Origin: Sedimentisphaerales bacterium
GTDB lineage: Bacteria > Planctomycetota > Phycisphaerae > Sedimentisphaerales > SM23-30
Direction: 5' to 3' (one strand)
Assembly (NCBI GenBank): GCA_963666285.1
Contig: OY762711.1
Length of the DNA stretch: 64,000 nt
Shown: positions 8,932 to 18,847 of the stretch, piece by piece
How positions within the stretch are numbered: the first letter of the stretch is position 1
Layout of the letters: the number at the start of each line of letters is the position of its first letter
Made by a program: the position numbers and the translations under genes
Notes under the pieces: model-generated
The model's input: only the letters and a program-made list of their open reading frames with translations
The model's database searches: none
Told to the model about the DNA's origin: nothing

Positions 8932-11073
8932 TTATCGCTCGATCTTTGGCTCGGAAAATAGAGTCTCTGCGTTTTTAACACCAAAACCAATATAATCAAC
9001 CGTTGTCATCGACTCAGAGAAGGCGATATCCAGTTTTACACCATTAATTGTCAATAATACTGTCCGAGCATCCATATCCAGCTCCATCTTACAGTGAAGC
9101 TCTTCACCCGGTTCAAACTTTTTCTTCAAACCACCACTCCAATCACCCTTACTCTCAAGCAGTGTTATCTGATCGGAACCTATCCAGGCACCAGCCAAAA
9201 CTAAAGAATTCAAATCTTCTTCCGCACTTAATACAAAAAAACCATTACGCGTCAAAGAAGCATCAGCAGGTTTCATCTTCCAGGTTATTGTCGCTTTGCC
9301 GGAATCGAGACTATCAACCAATCTTTTCAGCACCACTTTTTGCCCGCTCGAAGACCCTACTTTATAACCATATCGAACCTTCTGCAAATCAGCCGTTCCG
9401 CGATATCCTTCTACTTCCTTTACTTTATTCTCATTCTTATTATCCCGACCGGTCTTCGGCATGAAATCTTCTCCTGCTGCAGGAAGATTACTTCCCTCTA
9501 GTTTCAGCACCATACCAGGCACCGAAATATCTCCTTCATCTCCCGCCATTGTGCCAATCCTGTCTATCAAATCTCCCGGAATCGATATGGTATTGGTTTT
9601 GATAGTTATTTCATTTTTTATCTCGATTGCTTTATCCGCCAACAGATCCTGCCCCCATACTCTTTCAACCCCGTCAAGATCACCCGCAAACTCGAGTACA
9701 AGCTCTTTATAATGACCGGCAACACCTATTAGCTGATTTGCATCTTTTACCTTTACCATTACCTTCGCTCGAGGATGGAACCATTTATCATCAGGCTTTA
9801 CCCGACCTTCTGTCGCGATACCCAGCTGACCGTTCGGATAAGTTGTCACACAAACATACGGCGGCTCACCGTCGCTCTCAACTTTCGGCAGCGGCATATT
9901 CCTTGCCATTATCGCAGGCGCGCTCTGACTCACCATCTTGCCATAAGTTGCACTCGCCCACGTATCCCAAGGCGTAAATTCACATCTATCGATCAACTCA
10001 TTCTCCGACGACAGGTAACTGCCGTACCCAGCCGAAAACGCTGGCGATATCCTCGACCAGCGGCCAAAACGTTCCACTTCGTTTATACGACCCTGCATGT
10101 GACGCTTACCAGACAGCTGATGGTGCAGATCCTTACCTTTATAGGTTCGTTCCATATAGTTCGGATGTCGCTTACTCGCAACCAGCACCCCCAACCCGAT
10201 CCCCGTAACACAATCATCCTGCACGTTTAATATCGAACGATACTTCGGATCTCCGGCAGTCTGTTTTAGAATATCGTGAGTGCGGCGAAGCGTTGTCACC
10301 GACATCAAAAGGGGCGATGCATCATAAGTACGAAAGGTATCGCTGTATTGCAGACATTTCAACATCTGATGCTGCTTGCTGCCGCCAATATCATAAACAG
10401 ATGGATAAGAGTCCAGATCCTGGTTCCATTTCGGATTAATATTACCGCCCGCCCCTGTTATATATTCCAAAACCAACTCCGGATAAAGCTTCTGCTTGGC
10501 CTTGTACGAATTAAACTCACTTGTATCGCCTCCGTCTATTTTCCAGTATCGAATACCGGCATACTTCGACCACTCGACAAAAGTCTCTGCCTGCTCTAAA
10601 GTTATATTGCCGCGGGTCCAGATACCAAGCGAGTTCCAGCCCAACGCCTTAACCTCTTCATTAAAAAACTTCAGACGTTCTTTTGGCTCAAGGTTCGAAT
10701 ACTCAGGAAAATCTCTAACGTCTGCCACCAGGTTAAAAAACGACGGACCGCCCGCTATACGTTCTGATTCAACTTTGGTCTGCCAGCCATGATCGATTAA
10801 AAAAATATAATCGCTGCGGCCATGCGGCAAATACGTCGCCGCCCAGCCGTCTTGCTTGTTAAACAATGCATGATAAGTCAATTCTTCTCGTGCGTTGCTA
10901 TTAGTAACACTCTTCAAATCAGCAAGGTCTGTCCCCCGACCAATCCAATAATTCTGCGCATACCAGGTACACCAGTAATTAGGAGATGTAGCCGGTTCTT
11001 GCGGCACAAGGTTAACCGCAAAAAGATTACTCGTAACCAAAATCAACAATAATGATAATAACACTTTCTTCAC
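8932..11073 (-). CDS. Secreted putative glycoside hydrolase, clan GH-D-like TIM barrel with C-terminal beta domains
   Basis: GTG start at 11073 with AAAGG RBS gives signal peptide MKKVLLSLLLILVTSNLFA; WCTWY, IDHGWQ and YWKIDGG resemble GH36/GH27 motifs. Confidence 0.6.
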   Translation of the reverse strand: MKKVLLSLLLILVTSNLFAVNLVPQEPATSPNYWCTWYAQNYWIGRGTDLADLKSVTNSNAREELTYHALFNKQDGWAATYLPHGRSDYIFLIDHGWQTKVESERIAGGPSFFNLVADVRDFPEYSNLEPKERLKFFNEEVKALGWNSLGIWTRGNITLEQAETFVEWSKYAGIRYWKIDGGDTSEFNSYKAKQKLYPELVLEYITGAGGNINPKWNQDLDSYPSVYDIGGSKQHQMLKCLQYSDTFRTYDASPLLMSVTTLRRTHDILKQTAGDPKYRSILNVQDDCVTGIGLGVLVASKRHPNYMERTYKGKDLHHQLSGKRHMQGRINEVERFGRWSRISPAFSAGYGSYLSSENELIDRCEFTPWDTWASATYGKMVSQSAPAIMARNMPLPKVESDGEPPYVCVTTYPNGQLGIATEGRVKPDDKWFHPRAKVMVKVKDANQLIGVAGHYKELVLEFAGDLDGVERVWGQDLLADKAIEIKNEITIKTNTISIPGDLIDRIGTMAGDEGDISVPGMVLKLEGSNLPAAGEDFMPKTGRDNKNENKVKEVEGYRGTADLQKVRYGYKVGSSSGQKVVLKRLVDSLDSGKATITWKMKPADASLTRNGFFVLSAEEDLNSLVLAGAWIGSDQITLLESKGDWSGGLKKKFEPGEELHCKMELDMDARTVLLTINGVKLDIAFSESMTTVDYIGFGVKNAETLFSEPKIER

Positions 11074-11250
11074 TAAATCATTGCCTTTCAAAAATATAAC
11101 CGGCCTGTAATATAAAAGTACTTTAAAGGATACGCACCGTCTGCCATTATCATAACAACAAACCATTTTGTCAACTGTAGATCCGTCAGTTCGATATCCG
11201 TGGCCATCGGTCCCGATAAACATCGGGATTAGTGGTTCTGAAAAATTAAT

Positions 11251-12070
11251 AAAACACGAGCTGAATGAAATCCACCTGAGGCGGAGCGAGTCACCTTATA
11301 TATTATTGGTTATCGGTGGTTCTCTTTTAAGCGTTAGCCGTTTAAAACAAGCCGTCCGCGAATGCGGATTATTCCTGATGTCAACGTACATCAGGACACC
11401 TCAACTTTTCATTTTTCACTATTCATTTTTCATTTAATCGCGTCCTCTGCGAGAGACAAATCCTATCAAAACCACTCTGCTTAATATCTTCCAATCTCCA
11501 ACCAAACCAGCATCGTTAAGGACATAGTAGGTCAGGCATCCCTGCCTGACAATAAACCAGCCGTCGCGCAGCGACTCATAATTCCTGGGAACGCCGAGCT
11601 GAATGATATCCGCCTCAGGCGGAGCTCGGCATATTCGGCGCCAGCCGATTTAAACTTGGTCACGCGACTGTCCTGAGCGAGCGCTGTAAGTCGAACAACA
11701 GCAACACCATATTTCCTTCTCAAAATATCTTACATATGACAGTAGGGTGGGTAGATTTTATCAAACTTGTTTGATAAACTACCCACGCTGATTAATTAGC
11801 CTCGGCATAGCCGTTTCATTCCCTGATCCCTGGCACCTGAAACCTAACCCCTATATTTATAAAACACGAGCGGTAGCGAGTCACATTATATATTATTGGT
11901 GTGAATTCGTGTCCATTCGTAGTTTAGCTCTTAACCCGCCGCAGGCGGATTCGCGGTTCAATCTTTACTCCCGCGCCAGCTTTAAAACAAGTCGTCCGCG
12001 AATGCGGACACATCCTTTACTCTTTTTATTTTACCCTTTACACTTTGATGCCGCTCCGCGGCATCTGGTC
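11251..12070. repeat. Mosaic of palindromic REP-like elements (BIME-like)
   Basis: Family A copies at 11337 and 11972; family B (AAAACACGAGC..GCGAGTCAC.TTATATATTATTGGT) at 11251 and 11861; CCGCCTCAGGCGG/CCGCCGCAGGCGG hairpins; GTAG-type REP at 11742-11788. Confidence 0.8.
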
Positions 12071-12350
12071 CGCCCAACCCCAAAATCACCCGATTTTACC
12101 AAATTTCAGACCAATCCGTTCACCGCCGCTGGCCGCCGTCGCCCGCCGCGCTGCCTCTTTTCACCGCCGTTCCTCTCCCCACCCCCATTTACAGGCCCTT
12201 GTTTTTTAAACCGAATTTCACATCCCCGCACCCCTCCACCACATCCATCCCCCCAGACCACTAATCTCCGATCGCTGGTTGATTAATTGCCAAAGAACTG
12301 TTATCATTCTCTACTGTTAAATTACCGGTTAAAAACGATTTATAAATTAC

Positions 12351-14651
12351 ATGACAAACCAGGCAAATACAACCGAACAGCCCAACACATACACAAGCGA
12401 CGGCATAACTTGGCATTACAACTCCAACACAGCCGGCGAAATCATACTCTCGCTCTCAAAAGCAATTAATATTACCGACAGTACCTCGATTGCCGCTGCC
12501 CAGACAACCGGCAATACCACCGACCTGACCCTCATAAAACAAAACCCGCGACGCGCTGTATACAGCCTTACAAACAGCGGTAAATCCTTATATATCAAAC
12601 TTTTCAAGTCAGCTAACCTCTCCGAAAAGGCCAAAATCGCAGCCCGCGGCAACCCCGCCGAACAGGAAGCACAATGGCTCAATATATGCCGCTGCAACCA
12701 GCTGCCCGTACCATCTGTCATCGGCCACACCTCCGGCAAGGCAAACATGCTGATAACCGAATCGCTAGGCTCTGTCGCCGCACTCGACGAAATTATTCGT
12801 GAATATTCTGACTTCAACCCGCCAACCCTATACCGCGACCAACTGCCGGACCGGCTTCAGCACGCCCTGGCCCAAACTGGCAGCCTCGTCGGCAATATGC
12901 ACAAGGCCGGGCTTATACTGCCAGACCTGCACGGCGGCAATATTATGCTAGACCACAACTGCCAACATGCGTTCCTGCTCGACCTTCAGCTAATGAAAAG
13001 AACCATGTCGGCCAACCAGCAAACCATTCAGAAACAACCACTTATAGAAAATACCGCACGGCTCGCTTCTGAAATATCTATCTGCTGCGGCCGCGCCGCA
13101 CTGGAAATTTTCATCACCGGCTACCTCGCCGCGTTAAATAATATCAACTCACCAAACGACTTCTTACCGATAATCGAGCGAGCTATCGACGCCTGGCGAC
13201 TAAAGTTCTACACAAAAAGAGATAAACGATGCTGCCGAAAAAATGAATTCTTCGCCGAGCTTGAGCTCGGCAATAATTTCAAGGCACATGTCTTCCTCAA
13301 AAATAATCGGCCTATGCTGTTCTCTGCTATCAGCCAACTGAAATTCACCGCCGAACAATGGCACTCGGCACTCGAACCGATCAAAAACAGCAGGCGGCTG
13401 TTCTCCAGCAAAGAACTCACACTAAAGCTTGGCAATAATGAAATTACAGTCGATGTCGAAGGCGGCCCGCCCAAAGTCATATTGAACAAATGGCAATATG
13501 GTCATTCGCTCATAAACCGCCATATCGCTACGCCATGGCCGCTCGCTATCGTACATAACAACTCGCAGGCAGTTCTGCTGACCGAAAAAATCACTGACAA
13601 CACCTGCATGAACTATCAAAATATACTCATTGTCAAGCCAAGCGCACTCGGCGATGTCGCCAGGATGATACCGGTACTATTAGCACTGCGTGACAGATAT
13701 CCCAAGGCAAAAATCAGCTGGATCATCCGACCGGAATTCGCAGAGCTAATCAGGCACAACCCCGCATTAGACGAAGTCATTTTATTCGACAAAAAACACC
13801 TGTTAAAGTCCGGTCTAAAAAGCATTTCCAATATTTTCGCTTTCGCCGGAGCTCTCAAACAGCGAAAATTCGACCTGGTACTCGACGCACAGGGCCTGCT
13901 CCGGTCAGGGCTTATGGCCTGGTTTACCCATGCTTCAACACGCATCGGCTACCGACGGGCTCGCGAACTGGCATGGCTCTTCTATAACAAAAAAGTCGAT
14001 ACCCCGCAAATTCAGCATTCAAATCTCGACTGCTGGCAGATCGGACTAGCCGCAGGCATCAGCGAAAACGAACCGGTTTTCGGGGTGCCTGTCAACCCGC
14101 AGGCTTATAGCTCTGCCAAATCGATACTTAACAGTAACGGCATAAACGATAACCAACAGTTCGCTGTACTGCTCTCCGGCGGCACTGCCGAAGCTAAAAT
14201 ATGGCCCGCTGTCAATTTTGCCCAGCTCGCTGATTGTATCTACCGGAAATACAAAATCAAATCTGTTCTGCTTGGCGCCGGCAGCCGCGAAACCGCTATC
14301 GGACACACAATTTCCGACAAAATAACAGACAAACAAGCTGTTATAAACCTGATCGGTCAAACCAGCCTCGATGAAATGGTCGCAATTATCTGCAATTCAA
14401 ACATAATAATTGGCAACGATTCTGGACCACTACATATTGCGGCTGCTATACCTAAGCCAGTAGTTGGCATATACGGCCCAACTAACCCAAAAATGGTAGG
14501 CCCATACGGACAGGGCGATAAAATCGCCGAAGCTGGTAACGAAATTCCGCGAATAGGCCGATATAGTAAGAACCCGGCACATAAAATTGATAATATTTCC
14601 GTCAGTTGCGTAATGGAAAAAGTTGAATCCCTGCTCATAAATCACCCGTAA
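12351..14651 (+). CDS. Fusion of LPS kinase (Kdo/WaaP/InaA-like) and GT9 heptosyltransferase
   Basis: N-terminal YIKLF, PDLHGGNIML, LLDLQ; C-terminal ILIVKPSALGDV, FDLVLDAQGLLRS, GNDSGPLHIAAA, IYGPT; no internal stop. Confidence 0.85.
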   Translation: MTNQANTTEQPNTYTSDGITWHYNSNTAGEIILSLSKAINITDSTSIAAAQTTGNTTDLTLIKQNPRRAVYSLTNSGKSLYIKLFKSANLSEKAKIAARGNPAEQEAQWLNICRCNQLPVPSVIGHTSGKANMLITESLGSVAALDEIIREYSDFNPPTLYRDQLPDRLQHALAQTGSLVGNMHKAGLILPDLHGGNIMLDHNCQHAFLLDLQLMKRTMSANQQTIQKQPLIENTARLASEISICCGRAALEIFITGYLAALNNINSPNDFLPIIERAIDAWRLKFYTKRDKRCCRKNEFFAELELGNNFKAHVFLKNNRPMLFSAISQLKFTAEQWHSALEPIKNSRRLFSSKELTLKLGNNEITVDVEGGPPKVILNKWQYGHSLINRHIATPWPLAIVHNNSQAVLLTEKITDNTCMNYQNILIVKPSALGDVARMIPVLLALRDRYPKAKISWIIRPEFAELIRHNPALDEVILFDKKHLLKSGLKSISNIFAFAGALKQRKFDLVLDAQGLLRSGLMAWFTHASTRIGYRRARELAWLFYNKKVDTPQIQHSNLDCWQIGLAAGISENEPVFGVPVNPQAYSSAKSILNSNGINDNQQFAVLLSGGTAEAKIWPAVNFAQLADCIYRKYKIKSVLLGAGSRETAIGHTISDKITDKQAVINLIGQTSLDEMVAIICNSNIIIGNDSGPLHIAAAIPKPVVGIYGPTNPKMVGPYGQGDKIAEAGNEIPRIGRYSKNPAHKIDNISVSCVMEKVESLLINHP

Positions 14652-14774
14652 CGTATTGATAATAACTGGGTTCCAACTTTCAAACATCTGCAACGTAATG
14701 GAAATATTCAAACTCCAACTCAGAAAACATTAGTTACATAATGGAAAAAGTTGAATTCCAGCTTAGAAAGTAAA
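14604..14774 (+). repeat. Four degenerate 42-43-bp tandem repeats
   Basis: Units start at 14604, 14647, 14689 and 14732; units 1 and 4 match at 25 of their first 28 nt (AGTTRCRTAATGGAAAAAGTTGAATYCC). Confidence 0.7.
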
Positions 14775-14777
14775 TGA

Positions 14778-15527
14778 ATGAATAATTCCCGCCTGAAAAT
14801 TACAGTTCTATTACTATTAGGTTTATCTCTTTTTTTTACAACTGGTTGTGTATCAAATTCTGATGCATGGTTACCAGCACCACAGGCACATCTTACTTCA
14901 GGGCAGGGTTTCAATAACGACTATTCATATCAACATGATTATCAGCCTACTTGGCCTGCTCCCGGATATGGTGCATCGAGAAATATAGCTGGAAATGTTA
15001 TAATTGTCGACCCTGGACACGGCGGCAAAGACCCTGGAGCTATCGGCAACGGGGTGCGTGAGAAAGACATCAATCTTGATATTGCACGCAAACTCGGCAA
15101 TATCCTGCAAGGTGCCGGTGGGCGAGTTATAATGACAAGAACTACTGACGTTTATCCTACTCTTGATGAAAGAGCTGCCTCAGCCGACCGGTACAATGCT
15201 GACCTGCTGGTTTCAATCCATGCGGATTCTATTAGCAAATCAGGCATATCTGGAGCTACCATTTTAACAGGAGCTTCGGCTTCCAGCCAAAGCAAACGCG
15301 CTGCATGGATGATAGAGGCAGAACTGAAAAAGGCCGGTATAACATGCCGAGGACATCGTTCGCAAAAACTTCGCGTATGTGATGGACATTCCAGACCTGC
15401 CGTACTCGTCGAAACCGGTTTTTTGACTAACCACCAGGAAGCGGCCAATCTTAACACAGACTGGTATCAGGATAAAATTGCTAACGCTATTGCAAAAGGT
15501 GTAATAAGATATCTCAACAATAAATAG
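14778..15527 (+). CDS. N-acetylmuramoyl-L-alanine amidase (Amidase_3), lipoprotein
   Basis: TTG-C lipobox; VDPGHGGKDPGA, EKDINL, VSIHAD, PAVLVETGFLTN. Confidence 0.93.
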   Translation: MNNSRLKITVLLLLGLSLFFTTGCVSNSDAWLPAPQAHLTSGQGFNNDYSYQHDYQPTWPAPGYGASRNIAGNVIIVDPGHGGKDPGAIGNGVREKDINLDIARKLGNILQGAGGRVIMTRTTDVYPTLDERAASADRYNADLLVSIHADSISKSGISGATILTGASASSQSKRAAWMIEAELKKAGITCRGHRSQKLRVCDGHSRPAVLVETGFLTNHQEAANLNTDWYQDKIANAIAKGVIRYLNNK

Positions 15528-15540
15528 CTCTTTGACACCA

Positions 15541-16734
15541 TTAGCCCTTTTCAAAAAAGGACTTATCTAACTCAAATATCTCACACTTGTCTGTTACCCT
15601 GTCCTCGGTGCTATGGCCGCCTATTATGAGAACCCTAAGTTTACCATCTTTCTCCGGTAACGACTCCACCTTAAAATCGTCATGCGGATAATTCATTGGC
15701 CCCACATCAAGAAATTCACCTGATCTGGCATCGTACAGCCAGGCTGAGTCAAGTGGCACATCCTTGCCTTTAGCCGGGTCATCTTCACCACCGCAAAGGA
15801 AAAACATTTCTCCTGGCCGACCAATATCACTGAACAAGTCAACTATCTGCAGATCTGAAATTCCAAACCTGATATCTCCGTCTGCTGTTGGTGTAAGAGT
15901 TCTACCTTCTGTTAATGTATCTGCCTTTGGATCAAATATCCAGGTTTGGCACGAACAGGTATTACCATATATATTTTGCCCGCCAACAATAAGTATACGG
16001 TCATCATTCAAAACTACAGCTGCCTGATCGTCAAAATAAGCCTTGAAACGAGATTTACATAAAGTAAAAGATTCAGTGTCAGGGTCAAATATTTCGATTG
16101 ATTTACGTCTGCCGGATATAAAACATATTCTGCCATCAGAAAGTACAGCTGTGCAATGCTCGGTCCTGGGATATTGCATTTTATTCTGTACTGCTCGCAC
16201 TGTACAACTTCCAGTATCACTAATCTCAATTATTTCAGGCTGACCAAAGTTTCCGGTAACTAGAACCTTATTGTCACCAATCAAATTTAAAACCGTATTA
16301 CGACGAGGATTACTCAAATTACCAATTACTTTACAGGTCACAGTCTCCAGAGGAGACTTTTCTAAAGACGGCAAATACATTTCAACTGAACCGACGGGCT
16401 TATTATCCTGACTTAGACCACCTGCGATTAAAATTCGATCACCGGGGAGAACAAGAGTCGCAGCATACATTCGAGGCGTATTAATTCGTACCCGTGAACA
16501 TGACCAGGTATCAGATGACGGATCGTATATCCTTATTAAATTTGAAGCAACAGGAAATACATCTAAAAAATAGCTGTAGCCACCCAAAACAAATATTTTT
16601 CCATCAGAAAGCACTGCCGAGCAATGCCCCGCACAGGGCTGAGGTATACTATCTGTATTAATGAAATTATATGGCTTGCCTACAAGAGTGCATGCACACA
16701 ATAATATCAGATTTAATATAAAATATTTTTTCAT
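15541..16734 (-). CDS. Secreted Kelch-repeat beta-propeller protein
   Basis: Signal peptide; repeated L.DG.I.V.GG...YDP units. Confidence 0.85.
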   Translation of the reverse strand: MKKYFILNLILLCACTLVGKPYNFINTDSIPQPCAGHCSAVLSDGKIFVLGGYSYFLDVFPVASNLIRIYDPSSDTWSCSRVRINTPRMYAATLVLPGDRILIAGGLSQDNKPVGSVEMYLPSLEKSPLETVTCKVIGNLSNPRRNTVLNLIGDNKVLVTGNFGQPEIIEISDTGSCTVRAVQNKMQYPRTEHCTAVLSDGRICFISGRRKSIEIFDPDTESFTLCKSRFKAYFDDQAAVVLNDDRILIVGGQNIYGNTCSCQTWIFDPKADTLTEGRTLTPTADGDIRFGISDLQIVDLFSDIGRPGEMFFLCGGEDDPAKGKDVPLDSAWLYDARSGEFLDVGPMNYPHDDFKVESLPEKDGKLRVLIIGGHSTEDRVTDKCEIFELDKSFFEKG

Positions 16735-16802
16735 TTAGCTATTATACAAGAGAAATTGATTGTGCCGGGAAGAAAAAATAAAGAAATGGTATTTTACGCA
16801 GA

Positions 16803-17702
16803 TTATAATTTCGAACCGTAATATTTTTCAACTTTGAGAGAGGTTTGATTGTGCACTCTGGCAGCAATTTCATCTATCTGCTGATCTGTCAGAGATCCTA
16901 CAAACGATTCTGCCGGCTGCCGCGCTACTGTATGAATTTGAACGGAAATAATTTTTCCACCCTGAGAAGTAATATTATTCAAACACTTTATGTAAGAATC
17001 GATTTCAGCAGCAGCAGGAGGTTGGCCCATTATTGACATAAATAAAGATTGTATCTTAATCGGCCTTTTCTGGGCTGTCCGAAGGATATTATCAAGCACC
17101 TTTTCAAACTCAACTTGAGAACGATTTACACTCTGATAATATTGCTCGGTTCCGGCATCAAGCTTAGCCCATATTTCGCCATTATTTGTATCAAGTACCG
17201 CAAGCCCTTCCTGAACTTTTGGTTTATGAAGCAAAGTTGAGTTGGTAATCAATACGATTTTGACATCTTCCCGGGCATATTGACGACGGATATCAGCTAT
17301 CTTCAGACATACCTGGTCAAAAATCGGTGAAGAAGTAGGCTCGCCATCACCACTAAAAGAAATATCTCTAAGTTCTCTAAGCTCGGACGGGACAGAATCG
17401 AAAGGAGGTTTATCGAAAAGATCACCACTGTAAACTTTTTCTATTATACTAATTAACTCAGTTGCGATAAGTTCGATAGTATCATTATCAATTGGAATTC
17501 TAATATCCTGATCTTCCGCTTTTCGTCTAACCTGGCAGTATACACAATCAAAATTACACACTTTATCGGGATTAAGATTAATTCCAATGCTTATCCCACC
17601 GCTTCGTCTGGACAGAACAGGATATACAAACTTACTGCCAGAAAAAGTCCTGGGATGATCTTTATGAGCGGAATTTAAATTGTCTGAATTCTGTAATGAC
17701 AA
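16803..17702 (-). CDS. Radical SAM protein
   Basis: CNFDCVYC (CxxxCxxC), FSGDGEPT, LITNST. Confidence 0.9.
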   Translation of the reverse strand: MSLQNSDNLNSAHKDHPRTFSGSKFVYPVLSRRSGGISIGINLNPDKVCNFDCVYCQVRRKAEDQDIRIPIDNDTIELIATELISIIEKVYSGDLFDKPPFDSVPSELRELRDISFSGDGEPTSSPIFDQVCLKIADIRRQYAREDVKIVLITNSTLLHKPKVQEGLAVLDTNNGEIWAKLDAGTEQYYQSVNRSQVEFEKVLDNILRTAQKRPIKIQSLFMSIMGQPPAAAEIDSYIKCLNNITSQGGKIISVQIHTVARQPAESFVGSLTDQQIDEIAARVHNQTSLKVEKYYGSKL

Positions 17703-17759
17703 TTTTTCAACCAGAAAGTTCTAGGAAATCGGCTTTCTAACAACTTATGCCTGTTATAG

Positions 17760-18092
17760 TTAGTTTCCAATCTGAAGTGACGCAAGCGCAATAGAAGTAT
17801 CTTCACTAACCTCAAACAAAGAATCCAGCCCGGTAAGAAGGAAAACACCCCATACCTGGATTGCAATACCGCAAAGACGAAGACGTTTATCCTGGGCGAT
17901 AAGCTGCTTGCGAAGCTTAAGCAGTCTGGATATATTCGATGAATTGAGAAAATTTACAGTAGCAAAATTCAAAATAACATCTTTCGCATCATTTTCAATC
18001 TTACCAGAAAGCTCGGTAAGCTGATCGGTAAGTTCCGGATCATCCTGCAAATCAACTACTATTATCTTGTCTGACCAATCTTGGGTTGTCAT
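17760..18092 (-). CDS. STAS domain anti-sigma-factor antagonist
   Basis: VILNFATVNFLNSSNISRLL, LRLCG, VFLLTGLD. Confidence 0.88.
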   Translation of the reverse strand: MTTQDWSDKIIVVDLQDDPELTDQLTELSGKIENDAKDVILNFATVNFLNSSNISRLLKLRKQLIAQDKRLRLCGIAIQVWGVFLLTGLDSLFEVSEDTSIALASLQIGN

Positions 18093-18195
18093 TCTAAATA
18101 CCTTATATATTATATATTAAGCAACAGCGTTATTATCTTTATGTATATTAATGCCTAAATTACCAAATAAATCCAGCAATAAATTACAGCATCAT

Positions 18196-18230
18196 AAAAA
18201 AAGCTCATCACGGTTTTGCGATGAGCTGTT
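18196..18230 (-). terminator. Intrinsic terminator after the small ORF
   Basis: AGCTCATC/GATGAGCT stem with A7 on + (U-tract on -). Confidence 0.7.
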
Positions 18231-18304
18231 TAATTTACTACTTGTTCAGAGACACAATCTTATATGCTAAGCTTAAATAAATCGCGTCAATACATCACAT
18301 ATCA

Positions 18305-18475
18305 TTAGTTGAATGGGATTGATGCTGCAGTTGATGCAGTAAGCTGATCTTTATCAACCTGGCGAAGATGATCTATGTATTCCTGAAGCTCATATTCATC
18401 AAACTGACTCAAAAAATCTACAGAGGCGGTTGAATTCAGGTTTCTAATCTCTTCAATCAGTTCAAACTTTGTCAT
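18305..18475 (-). CDS. Small 56-aa hypothetical protein absent from the ORF track (MTKFELIEEIRNLNSTASVDFLSQFDEYELQEYIDHLRQVDKDQLTASTAASIPFN)
   Basis: ATG at 18475 with AAAGGGAG RBS, upstream sigma28-like promoter, downstream terminator. Confidence 0.75.
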   Translation of the reverse strand: MTKFELIEEIRNLNSTASVDFLSQFDEYELQEYIDHLRQVDKDQLTASTAASIPFN

Positions 18476-18557
18476 TTTGTACTCCCTTTCTCAAAGAGGG
18501 GTTAATAGATTGTTTATTCTGCTAAGATAAATAACTTACCTCGTTTCTGCAGATTTA

Positions 18558-18585
18558 ATATCGACTATGATATGATTCTACTTTA
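18558..18585 (-). promoter_or_regulatory. sigma28 (FliA)-like promoter
   Basis: TAAAG-N15-GTCGATAT on the - strand upstream of the 56-aa ORF. Confidence 0.55.
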
Positions 18586-18812
18586 ACCCTTTTATATAAA
18601 AGATTTATAAAAATTAGGTCCCATAATAAAACCATTATCAGTATTAATAAAAATGAGATTATTGGACAAGAATATTGGTAGGCCCTCGATGGCTGACAAC
18701 CACTGTTAAATCTGTTAGAAACACCCAAAATACATGTTACCCTTAAATGGCAGTACCACTATATCAGTAAATAAAGACTTATATCAAAAAACAGATTTAT
18801 TCTTTATCTAAT

Positions 18813-18841
18813 TTGACATCATTCTATTTAAATATTACTTT
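18813..18841 (+). promoter_or_regulatory. sigma70-like promoter for the putative ncRNA
   Basis: TTGACA-N17-TACTTT. Confidence 0.55.
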
Positions 18842-18847
18842 GAAATA

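Noticed and set aside
11909..12286. Pro-rich 125-aa ORF and other short ORFs in the repeat mosaic
   Set aside because: Translations of palindromic repeats and low-complexity DNA
14604..14760. dif/Xer site (TTATGTAACT resembles a XerD arm on the - strand)
   Set aside because: No XerC-like arm; better explained as a unit of a 42-43-bp tandem array, and the context looks origin-like rather than terminus-like
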